Source: Promethearchaeota archaeon (GTDB lineage: Archaea > Asgardarchaeota > Lokiarchaeia > Sigyniarchaeales > SOKP01). Taken from it: DNA of 64,000 bases. Shown piece by piece: positions 10,211-19,055 of the stretch (positions within the stretch are counted from its first letter, which is position 1; every line of letters begins with the position of its first letter). A program made the position numbers and the translations under genes. The notes beneath the pieces were generated by a model that was given only the letters and a program-made list of their open reading frames with translations, was not told the DNA's origin and made no database searches. Location: NCBI GenBank assembly GCA_048941015.1, contig JBHLNZ010000011.1, positions 1 through 64,000 of the forward strand. Reading direction: 5' to 3'.

Positions 10211-11824
10211 ATGAAAACAATGTACGAACTGGGGGTCCAAGTCCCAGTAAAAAAAGCCTTGGTGGTTAGGAATATCAAAGAGGTATCAAAAGAGCAAAGA
10301 GAAATTGCTTTAAAAGAAACTGAGTATAGTATGTTTTCATTTCCGGCGGATATGCTTGTTTTAGATTTTCTTTCTGATAGTGGTACATCTACAATGACAG
10401 ATTTACAATGGTCGGCGCTTTTTCATGGAGATGAGGCATATGGAAGAAACAAGGGATATTATATCCTCCTTGATGCTATACGGGATACATTTGAAAGGGG
10501 TGATAATCCAAGAAAAATTATAAGTTTAATTCTTTCTGGGGAAACAAGCGCTAAAAGATTAATGGATGAGATTTATCTTAAATCATTTAAAGGTGGATTT
10601 GTAAACGGAGGAATATACCAATTAAAAAGACCTAATGCCTTTTTAGTTCCTCAAGGTAGATGTGCTGAACATTTGCTATTTTCCACAATTGCACCTATTT
10701 TAAAAGAGAAAGACTCAAAGTCGGAATTTTTTATCCCTAATAACGGTCATTTTGATACTACTGAGGCAAACATCACTGCTAATGGGCTTCATCCTATTAA
10801 TATATTTTCTACTAAGTTGTTTGAAGATTTTCCAATAGATCAAATGGAAGTTAGAAACCCATTTAAAGGTAACATGGAAATTAAAGATCTAGAATCAATT
10901 ATAAATGAGAAAGGTTCTGAGAAGATTCCTTTAATATATTTGACTATAACCAATAATACAGCGGCGGGTCAGCCTGTTTCCATGCATAATATCCAAGATG
11001 TGAGTAAAATTGCGGAGAGATATGAAATTCCTCTCTTCTTTGATGCATGCAGATTTGCTGAGAACGCTATTTTCATTAAAAAATTTGAAGAGAAGTATAA
11101 AAATAATTCAATCCCAAGAATTGTACAAGAAATGTTTTCATATGCAGATGGTTTTACTATTAGCTTCAAAAAAGATGGATTAGCTAATATAGGAGGAGGT
11201 TTGTTTTTTAAGGATGAAAGTATTTTTCATCAAAAGTTCTCTATTCACCAAGATATTGGAATTAAATTAAAAGAAAAACAGATACTAACTTTTGGAAATG
11301 ACTCCTATGGAGGATTAAGTGGAAGAGATATTATGGCTTTAGCAGTTGGTTTATATGAAATTGTAAAAGAGCCATATCTAACTAATCGAATTAGCCAAGC
11401 ACAAGAGTTCGCAAGAAAGCTTGTAAAAAATGGAGTCCCTGTGGTCCTTCCAGCAGGTGGACATGCGGTTTATATAAATATGGATAAATTTTTTAAGGAT
11501 ACAGATATGAAGATAGAAGATTTTGGGGGGGTTGGTTTAACGATAGAACTTGTTAGGCATTATGGTATAAGAGCAGCGGAGTTAGGACCTTTTGCTTTTG
11601 AATGGGATAATAAAAATCCTGAACAACGTGAAGGTATTTTGAACTTAGTACGATTTGCTATCCCTAGAAATGTTTATGATTCTTCTCATATCGATTATGC
11701 TGTTGCTGCTATTAGTGAATTATATAAAAATAGAGCGCAAATACCAAAAGTAAAAGTCTCACGGGGAGCTAAATTAAAATTAAGACATTTCCAATCAGGA
11801 CTCCAACCAATATATTCAAAATAA
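10211..11824 (+). CDS. tnaA: Tryptophanase-like PLP-dependent beta-eliminating lyase
   Basis: DFLSDSGT, GDEAY, QGR, HFDTT, DACRFAEN, SFKKDG (PLP Lys), GGHAV; C-terminal LRHF (tryptophanase-type His, not TPL LRFF). Confidence 0.8.
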   Translation: MKTMYELGVQVPVKKALVVRNIKEVSKEQREIALKETEYSMFSFPADMLVLDFLSDSGTSTMTDLQWSALFHGDEAYGRNKGYYILLDAIRDTFERGDNPRKIISLILSGETSAKRLMDEIYLKSFKGGFVNGGIYQLKRPNAFLVPQGRCAEHLLFSTIAPILKEKDSKSEFFIPNNGHFDTTEANITANGLHPINIFSTKLFEDFPIDQMEVRNPFKGNMEIKDLESIINEKGSEKIPLIYLTITNNTAAGQPVSMHNIQDVSKIAERYEIPLFFDACRFAENAIFIKKFEEKYKNNSIPRIVQEMFSYADGFTISFKKDGLANIGGGLFFKDESIFHQKFSIHQDIGIKLKEKQILTFGNDSYGGLSGRDIMALAVGLYEIVKEPYLTNRISQAQEFARKLVKNGVPVVLPAGGHAVYINMDKFFKDTDMKIEDFGGVGLTIELVRHYGIRAAELGPFAFEWDNKNPEQREGILNLVRFAIPRNVYDSSHIDYAVAAISELYKNRAQIPKVKVSRGAKLKLRHFQSGLQPIYSK

Positions 11825-11973
11825 TGCATCTTATCTTACTTTATTTCTCTAATAATCTGATTCTTTTAAAATTTACACATTTTTGTATAAAAAAATAGTT
11901 TTATAAAATTTTTATAATCGACTAATCTATAAATATAGCTATGTTTTAAATAAATGAAAGCTGATAATATATT

Positions 11974-12648
11974 ATGGATACCCCAGAACATTCTTTTATG
12001 GTATGGATTATTTCAATTACATTAGTTATATTAGCAATTTTTACTATCAGTACTCTCATCAACTATTTCAGACAGAAAAAAAAAGCAGCTCTCTATCTAT
12101 CTCTAAATTATATATCTTTCGCAATAGCCATGTTTCTTCTTCTAATTGGCCACTATGATGCTGTTATTAAAGATGTTACCACTAGTTTTTATAATGATAT
12201 TAGTATGCTCGGAAAATCATTTATCGTTCTTGGAATTCTTTTCAATTTGCTATTTCATGCACAATTTACAGAAGTCAATAGAGGTTGGTATTATTTAAGA
12301 ATAATATTTGGAATAATTTTAGTGGTTTGGATTTTATTGCCTTCTAATTACACCTATGGTGGACGTACAACAGTAATAATGACATATATGCTCATGGCTC
12401 TCTATGGATTATTAATTAATCTTTTTTTAGCAATTAGCTTCTTCAAATTGGGTTCAAAAACAAAAACAAGAAAGAAGGAACTCTACTCTCTTGGTGCAGG
12501 TGCTCTAACATTTTTAGTGTATTATTTCTTAATGACAGTTTATGGTATGACTCAATCATTTTTCATAATGATAATAACTCAAATCGATTTATTTATTGCA
12601 TTACTGTTTTACTTCGTCGGAATATATTTACCTAAGTTATCAGAATAA
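11974..12648 (+). CDS. Hypothetical polytopic (6-7 TM) membrane protein
   Basis: 224 aa, regular hydrophobic helices. Confidence 0.7.
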   Translation: MDTPEHSFMVWIISITLVILAIFTISTLINYFRQKKKAALYLSLNYISFAIAMFLLLIGHYDAVIKDVTTSFYNDISMLGKSFIVLGILFNLLFHAQFTEVNRGWYYLRIIFGIILVVWILLPSNYTYGGRTTVIMTYMLMALYGLLINLFLAISFFKLGSKTKTRKKELYSLGAGALTFLVYYFLMTVYGMTQSFFIMIITQIDLFIALLFYFVGIYLPKLSE

Positions 12649-12754
12649 AAAAACAAGTGTCTTATTTAAATCTCTATCAAAAATATTTTTTTTAATTTAA
12701 GATATTAATAATATCCTTTACATTATTAATTTAAATTTGAAAAAAGAAAAAAAT

Positions 12755-13498
12755 CTATTTATTTAACATATTTTTATAATGATAAAAAAATGCAACTAAA
12801 TATGCGATAGTTTTTGGTATCATAAATAATCCCGTTAAGGGTATTATAGCTACTAGAAATAGAGTAAAACTATAGCTTATATAAGAAATAACAAACCAGA
12901 TGGAGGCCATAAAATTTCCTCTATTACGATCGATATTAATCCCTGTAAATTCATTCCTTTCCGATCTTGAATCCCTAAAGAGTAAATAAACTGAAATGAT
13001 GCCAATTACATATATTGGAATCGCTGTTATTATTCTAAAGTCAAAACCAAAATCAACAGTAGCATCACCTTCAAACCAATGATTAAATGGTAAAAATATC
13101 AATATTATCCTTATTAAAAAAGCACTATATAGGATAATTGTAAAATTCTTTATTTTAGAAGGTGTTGAGTATTTTTCTCCATATATAAATACCCATGAAT
13201 GAAAAATAGCTATGTAGAAGTAGGTCATAGTTAAACCTGAAATTATATATCCAGATCCTATAGCTAAATCCGTAAATGGATCATCTGGAGCTAAGCCTGC
13301 AAAAAATACGTAAATTCGAAATCCTAAATGAAAGAGATCACCAAATCCTAAAAGAAAATATGCCATAAATGTCCATTTCCAAGCTTTATCTTTATTCTTA
13401 AATTTTCTTTGAATCAATAGTTTGAGTAAAAAAATCCAAATTATTATCAAATAAGCTAAAATGAATACTATAGAACCCATATTATCTTGCATTTGCAT
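12755..13498 (-). CDS. Hypothetical 7-TM membrane protein
   Basis: 247 aa, seven hydrophobic helices, polar motifs GDLFH and MIPKT; AGGGGA SD-like site upstream. Confidence 0.72.
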   Translation of the reverse strand: MQMQDNMGSIVFILAYLIIIWIFLLKLLIQRKFKNKDKAWKWTFMAYFLLGFGDLFHLGFRIYVFFAGLAPDDPFTDLAIGSGYIISGLTMTYFYIAIFHSWVFIYGEKYSTPSKIKNFTIILYSAFLIRIILIFLPFNHWFEGDATVDFGFDFRIITAIPIYVIGIISVYLLFRDSRSERNEFTGINIDRNRGNFMASIWFVISYISYSFTLFLVAIIPLTGLFMIPKTIAYLVAFFYHYKNMLNK

Positions 13499-13673
13499 AA
13501 AAAGTGTCCCCTAAATTCTAGGTTGCTAATATATCAATCTAAAATATTATGATATTTTTCAAAATAAACAATTAATATTAAAATTACCTATTTTAGTTTC
13601 CTTACTAAAATTTTTAAATATATAAGAAGGTTCAAAATGTTTAAAATAAGAGAAAAAATCATTAAATAAATCT

Positions 13674-13994
13674 TTAAAATTCTAAAGTTCTTAATTTTTT
13701 AGATATATTTTTTCTTCTTAATATTTTCATAAAATCGTCTTCACTTTGCTTTAATCTACTTAAAAAGTTGTCAAGCTTATCAAAATTATTAAACCAATGT
13801 TCATGTCCATTTACGACGATTTTTACGCCTTTATGTTCGTTACTGTTAATTATTGCATAGATCCCTCCAACTTCAGAATCATGTTTAATAAAAATTTTTT
13901 CTCCATTAGAATCGTTACCCTTTTCATTCCCTTTTTTTGCCCAAAACTGATTTTTTAAAAGATAACTCCTATACATACTCATCTCTTTACACAC
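13674..13994 (-). CDS. Hypothetical protein
   Basis: 106 aa ORF with protein-like composition; start uncertain (GTG 13994 or a downstream ATG). Confidence 0.5.
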   Translation of the reverse strand: MCKEMSMYRSYLLKNQFWAKKGNEKGNDSNGEKIFIKHDSEVGGIYAIINSNEHKGVKIVVNGHEHWFNNFDKLDNFLSRLKQSEDDFMKILRRKNISKKLRTLEF

Positions 13995-14359
13995 ACAACC
14001 TTTTATTATGTATTATTTTTGAGTCATCTTGATATAGCAATTAATGACCCATGGTATAGTATCTAAGTATTATAAGATAAAATTCCATTATAGAATGCTG
14101 TGTTATCGAGAATATACCACGATATTACGTTAATTTTATTTATCAAGAAACTCGAATACATTATATTCAAAAAAACATAAAATTCATATTTAAATAACCA
14201 AGTAAACTAGATTTTAGCAAAAAGTACAATTTTTTTACTTTAGGTTATATAAAAAAAATTTCGAGTGGAAGTATGTGGTATCGCAACGACAAAACTATAA
14301 AAAAAATTCTATTAAAAATGTAAATGAATTTATTATTTTGATGATGTAGATTAAGGAAG

Positions 14360-14665
14360 GTGTTTATCGATTTGATTAACGAATATGATTTTTATATGAA
14401 TTTGTATGATGATTTTATTGAAACTCGCAATCAGGAAAAAAGAAAATTTCTGTGGAAGATGAATTCGATTATTAGGCTCATGAAACTTACAAAGGGTAAT
14501 GAAGAAGGGGAATTTTGTGAAAATGCCCTAAGAATGATAATGATTTTGTTTAATAATTATATTTTTAGTCCATATGAGCTCAGCAGCCACGACTTTAATA
14601 TAACATCAAATCAAGAAAAAGAAGAAATTAATCCAATTCTGAAGCAAGAGTTTGATATTTTTTGA
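14360..14665 (+). CDS. Hypothetical protein
   Basis: 101 aa, GTG start after AAGGAAG, helical composition. Confidence 0.55.
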   Translation: MFIDLINEYDFYMNLYDDFIETRNQEKRKFLWKMNSIIRLMKLTKGNEEGEFCENALRMIMILFNNYIFSPYELSSHDFNITSNQEKEEINPILKQEFDIF

Positions 14666-14679
14666 ATAATAACCTTCTA

Positions 14680-15195
14680 TTACCTAAATTCTTTTTCAAA
14701 CTTCCATACAGAATCTTGGATAGTATGTAAATTTTTTACTACTTTACCCTCCTTCATATCTTCCATTTTTTTAGCATTAAACATAGCTTTTCCAACTGCG
14801 ATAGCACGATCATGAGTTTCGTCAATTATTTGTACTATATCATCCTTTTTAATAGAAGGATCTATTCTTGTAATTCCCGGTCTCATCACATCTGCACCAT
14901 TCGCAACATATCTAATAGCACCCATATCAACTACAATAGATTTAATTTTTACCTTGTTATTTAAAAGAAACGTTAAAACAGGTATAAAGCCGTCATCATC
15001 GGTTTTCCACATCTTTAATTCTTTATTAATTGCGTATAGCGTGTCTCCTTCCTCTGTTTGAATTATTTCAATTTTGCTTTTCTTAGGAAATACTTGGTTT
15101 AAGAATTCTTCATCGTATTGTTTCATAACAGCTTCTTTTAACGCTTTTATTTCAGATTTCTGAATATAATGCCTTTGTTTAATGTTCATAATCAT
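14680..15195 (-). CDS. PUA-domain RNA-binding protein (DUF1947+PUA, MCT-1/Tma20-like)
   Basis: VVDMGAIRYVANGADVMRPGI, AIAVG, GKVVKNLHTIQDSVW. Confidence 0.88.
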   Translation of the reverse strand: MIMNIKQRHYIQKSEIKALKEAVMKQYDEEFLNQVFPKKSKIEIIQTEEGDTLYAINKELKMWKTDDDGFIPVLTFLLNNKVKIKSIVVDMGAIRYVANGADVMRPGITRIDPSIKKDDIVQIIDETHDRAIAVGKAMFNAKKMEDMKEGKVVKNLHTIQDSVWKFEKEFR

Positions 15196-15264
15196 TAACT
15201 AAATAACAATTATTACATAAAAACCTTTTATTCTGATTCTATAGGATAGATAAAAAATTGAGTG

Positions 15265-15286
15265 TTTGTTCAAAAGTTTGAACAAA
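15265..15286. promoter_or_regulatory. Perfect inverted repeat, candidate transcription-factor operator
   Basis: TTTGTTCAAA-AG-TTTGAACAAA in a divergent promoter region, next to a TATA-like TTTTATAT at about 15293. Confidence 0.45.
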
Positions 15287-15363
15287 AAATATTTTTATAT
15301 TGAATTATCTTCTTATTTTTCAGAAACCAATCAAATTCTATATACGAAACAACTTTTAATAAT

Positions 15364-15942
15364 ATGAGAGTTCAAAATATAAGAAAGACTCTTGAAAATT
15401 TAAGTTGGAGTATACCTCTCATAAGTGGCTTAATCTTAATAATATCTCTTATTACTCCTGCGGGATATCTTAAGACTTTATATTATTATTTCTCTCCGAT
15501 AGATATAAAATCTATAAGATTTTGGATGTGGGGATTATGGAATTATACGGATCCTTATCATGATTATAATCGTTCCTATAGTACGTGGTTACCCCCTCTC
15601 TATCTGTTCATTGGAATAATGTTTACAATTCTAATTTTTGTAATTACTATCCTTAATCTAATTATCGCTAATAAAATCATAATGAAGAGGAGCACTTTCA
15701 ATGAAATGAATAAACTCTTATATAATTGTGGATTACTCTTATTAATCATTTGTGTTAGTTGGGTAATCTTAGTATCCTTTATACCATATTATGACATTCT
15801 TGCGACTTTAATTGAAAATATACCCGATCCTGAGGATATTAATGCCTTATTTTGGGCTTATTTCAAACCTGACTTTGGAATTATTGGACCATTTATTGTA
15901 AGTGGCCTTTTAATAACTATGGGCAGATTCGCAAAAAGATAA
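15364..15942 (+). CDS. Hypothetical 4-TM membrane protein
   Basis: Four hydrophobic helices, WMWGLW in the first loop. Confidence 0.65.
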   Translation: MRVQNIRKTLENLSWSIPLISGLILIISLITPAGYLKTLYYYFSPIDIKSIRFWMWGLWNYTDPYHDYNRSYSTWLPPLYLFIGIMFTILIFVITILNLIIANKIIMKRSTFNEMNKLLYNCGLLLLIICVSWVILVSFIPYYDILATLIENIPDPEDINALFWAYFKPDFGIIGPFIVSGLLITMGRFAKR

Positions 15943-15968
15943 AACTTTTGAAATTCTAAATAGATATA

Positions 15969-16520
15969 ATGGTCAAAGTTTTTACTTCAGCAGTCGTTAT
16001 TATTCCACCTCAAGAGATATGGCCTCCAATTCAAGAAATTAGGAAAAAGTACGATCGTCAAATAGATAGATGGATGCCCCATATTACTTTATTATATCCA
16101 TTTAGACCTGATTCAGAATTTGATGATTTAAAAAATAAGTTTTCAGAGGTATGCAGACTTTTTAAAAATTTTGAAATTAAATTAGAGAAATTTAATTACT
16201 TTAGCCATAAAGAGTCAAATTATACAATCTGGCTATTCCCTGAACCAAGAGAAAAAATTATAGAATTACAATCCGCACTTCTTGAAATTGTTCCTGACTG
16301 TAATGATGTAAACTTAAATGAAAATGGATTCACTCCCCATTTGAGTGTTGGTCAATTTAGGGGGAATAAAAAAGTCCTTTTAGAGATTATTTATCTTCTT
16401 CAACAAGAATGGAATCCATTAATCTTTCATCTCGATAGCATTAATTTTATATCCAGAGAAAATTCTAGATTTTCAAGATTTCAAAATCAAAAACAAATTC
16501 TCTTTAATTTTCAAAAATGA
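15969..16520 (+). CDS. 2H phosphoesterase / 2'-5' RNA ligase family protein
   Basis: Two HxT/S motifs: PHITL and PHLSV. Confidence 0.85.
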   Translation: MVKVFTSAVVIIPPQEIWPPIQEIRKKYDRQIDRWMPHITLLYPFRPDSEFDDLKNKFSEVCRLFKNFEIKLEKFNYFSHKESNYTIWLFPEPREKIIELQSALLEIVPDCNDVNLNENGFTPHLSVGQFRGNKKVLLEIIYLLQQEWNPLIFHLDSINFISRENSRFSRFQNQKQILFNFQK

Positions 16521-16599
16521 AACGCTAAAAATTTTAAATAGGCAGTTAATATTTAATATAATTAAAATAAAAAATAAACAAAAAAAGGATATTTCAACC

Positions 16600-17178
16600 A
16601 TGAGTAATATGGAAAAATCTGAAGACAAACTTATTTTTACAGATCGAACTGAAGCTATTTATAAAGTAATTGTGATAGGAGATCCTGCAGTGGGTAAAAC
16701 GAGCCTCCTAACTAAGTTCGTAAAGAATCAGTTTGAGCCAAGATATTTGCCCACAGTTGGTGTTAACATTGTTAAAGAACCGATTGAACTTTCAGACTAT
16801 AACGCTAAAGTTAATTTAATGTTTTGGGATGTAGCAGGACAACCCCAATTCTATATGCTCCATCGCCCTTATTTCAATGGTGCTGATGGAATGATTTTAG
16901 TGTTTGATGTAACTCGATCCAGCACATTTTCCAATGTAAATAATTGGTATAATTCGGCAGTGAAATATGGACTTAGTGGTATACCTAGAATCTTGATTGG
17001 TAATAAAATTGACTTAAAGGATGAACGAAAGATAATATTACCGATGGCTGAACATTTGAGTGAGAAACTAAATGCTCCATATTTTGAAACATCAGCATTA
17101 ACAGGAGAAAATGTAAAGATAGTATTCCAAAAAATAGCAGAATTAGTTTATAAATCAAAAGAGAATTTTAAAAAGTAG
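16600..17178 (+). CDS. Ras-superfamily small GTPase (Rab-like)
   Basis: GDPAVGKT, YLPTVG, WDVAGQ, GNKID, ETSAL; no C-terminal Cys. Confidence 0.93.
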   Translation: MSNMEKSEDKLIFTDRTEAIYKVIVIGDPAVGKTSLLTKFVKNQFEPRYLPTVGVNIVKEPIELSDYNAKVNLMFWDVAGQPQFYMLHRPYFNGADGMILVFDVTRSSTFSNVNNWYNSAVKYGLSGIPRILIGNKIDLKDERKIILPMAEHLSEKLNAPYFETSALTGENVKIVFQKIAELVYKSKENFKK

Positions 17179-17209
17179 TTTTGTTAAAACTCTATTTATT
17201 TCAATATTA

Positions 17210-17863
17210 TCATTTAACTTTTTTGTCTTTTATCATTAACTTATTCTTCCAAAAGGTTATTTTATCGGTGAGTTGGGTTTCTATAGTACCTAAAGATGTT
17301 TTTGTTTTGTCAAATGGTTCTGAAAGAGACTTTGCATTCTCCAATCTATTTATTATTTGTGAGATTTCATAAAGGATTCGATGTCCACCAGTGAATTCAA
17401 ATATTTGTTCTTTAATATATTCTAATTCTGTTTTAATTGATTCGGGGTCATCAATGGTTTTTAAATCACTTTTCAGTGTATCTAGCTGATCAAATATTAA
17501 ATCTTTCTTGTTAGTTACTTCTTTATCTCTTTCTATACTTTCATTCTCACTGATTTTCTTCGGGGCAGAAATACTTATATTTGCAATTAAAGATTTTAAT
17601 AGATCCAATTCTTTTTCCATACCTTTTTGATTTTCAATCACATTACTTAGTTGGGGCGCTAGACTTTTAATATCTAATGTAGCTTTATGTAGGTCATTTA
17701 TTTTATCAGTTAACATATTTATCTTTAAGTTCGTCTGTCCCATCTTTGTTATGATATCCAATCCAAACTTTTCAAGAATTGAAGAGAATTTTCCTATTTT
17801 CTCATTCAAGTCATTGACTAATTTACTAATCTCTTCCTCATTAAAATTTTCAATTTCTGGCAC
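17210..17863 (-). CDS. Hypothetical coiled-coil protein with C-terminal helical domain
   Basis: Heptad-rich N-half; C-terminal domain ending KITFWKNKL. Confidence 0.72.
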   Translation of the reverse strand: MPEIENFNEEEISKLVNDLNEKIGKFSSILEKFGLDIITKMGQTNLKINMLTDKINDLHKATLDIKSLAPQLSNVIENQKGMEKELDLLKSLIANISISAPKKISENESIERDKEVTNKKDLIFDQLDTLKSDLKTIDDPESIKTELEYIKEQIFEFTGGHRILYEISQIINRLENAKSLSEPFDKTKTSLGTIETQLTDKITFWKNKLMIKDKKVK

Positions 17864-18032
17864 GATAATCTTTTTTTTATTTAGTTTTTAAAATCTTAGA
17901 AAAATTATTGAATAATTAATGAGAATCTTACTAAAAGATCAATTTTTTATTCCTTTTATTTATTAATTAATATAGTATTAAAATATAAATTCAAGTATTT
18001 TATTGGTTCAATTTTTTATTTGCTACTCTTAA

Positions 18033-18929
18033 GTGGTAAAAATAATACAATATATCAATATATTAACTCGCGACGGAAAATCGTTATTATTTCGGAATTA
18101 TGGAAGTTCGGATGTAGATAGAGATCTTTTAGCTGGATTTTTAAGTGCTTTTTCTGGCTTTATGAAGGAAATTAGCCAGAGTGATATACGCTCTACAGCA
18201 ACAGACGAGTTTAAATATTATTATACCATTATTGAAGAGATAATAATTGTCGTTTGTACAGATTTAGAAGATGATGACGCTACAATCAATTCAAAAATTA
18301 CAACTATAAAAACTCGATTTATAGAGACTTATGGAGAAGTTATCGCAACGGGGAGTTGGTCTGGCAATCGAGCAATTTTTCGAGATTTTGAACGAATAAT
18401 TGATGATACAATCCTTGGGGCATTTAAGGTTTCTATTATCGGAACTGGTGGAGTAGGAAAAACCACATTATTACACCTTATTTGTGGAGAAGATATTGAT
18501 TTAGAATATGTACCAACCATTAATGTAGACATTACTTCATATGATGGATTTGATGAGATCCCCCGCTCTATAGTATTTTGGGATTTCGCTGGACAAGCGA
18601 ATTTTCGTTCATTATGGAAAAGTCTTCTTGATAGTACTGATATAGCTCTATTAGTCTTAGATTCTACCTTTGAAAATGTAAGTCAAAGTAAAGATATAAT
18701 AAAAGATGTTCTAGATAAATATTATAAAGATACACTAGTTATAGGAATTGCTAATAAACAAGATCTATCTAATAGGCTTACTCCTGAATTCTGCGAGAAA
18801 ATCATTGCAAAAGCAGACAGATATCCACCGATCAAAGTCCATGGTATGGTAGCAATAAACCAAGTATATAGAGAGAAAATCCATGCGATTTTAAGAGAAG
18901 CGATTAAAAAAGTTTATCCAAATAAATGA
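18033..18929 (+). CDS. Longin/roadblock-like domain fused to an Arf-like small GTPase
   Basis: N-term ILTRDGKSLL...LLAGFLSAFSGF (longin-like); C-term GTGGVGKT, YVPTI, WDFAGQ, ANKQD. Confidence 0.85.
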   Translation: MVKIIQYINILTRDGKSLLFRNYGSSDVDRDLLAGFLSAFSGFMKEISQSDIRSTATDEFKYYYTIIEEIIIVVCTDLEDDDATINSKITTIKTRFIETYGEVIATGSWSGNRAIFRDFERIIDDTILGAFKVSIIGTGGVGKTTLLHLICGEDIDLEYVPTINVDITSYDGFDEIPRSIVFWDFAGQANFRSLWKSLLDSTDIALLVLDSTFENVSQSKDIIKDVLDKYYKDTLVIGIANKQDLSNRLTPEFCEKIIAKADRYPPIKVHGMVAINQVYREKIHAILREAIKKVYPNK

Positions 18930-19055
18930 GGAAAATAGTAGACTTAGTATTTTCTAATTAAATATTTGTATACTTTTGCCTAAATATAGAAATTAATTAG
19001 AAATCAAAAAAGATTTAAAATTTTTTTAATTATTTGATAATATTCCTTTTCCTAA

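Noticed and set aside
12755-13498. Microbial rhodopsin (7 TM with a Lys in the last helix)
   Set aside because: The Lys context is MIPKT, not DxxxK or SxxxK, and there is no RYxxW-type helix C motif
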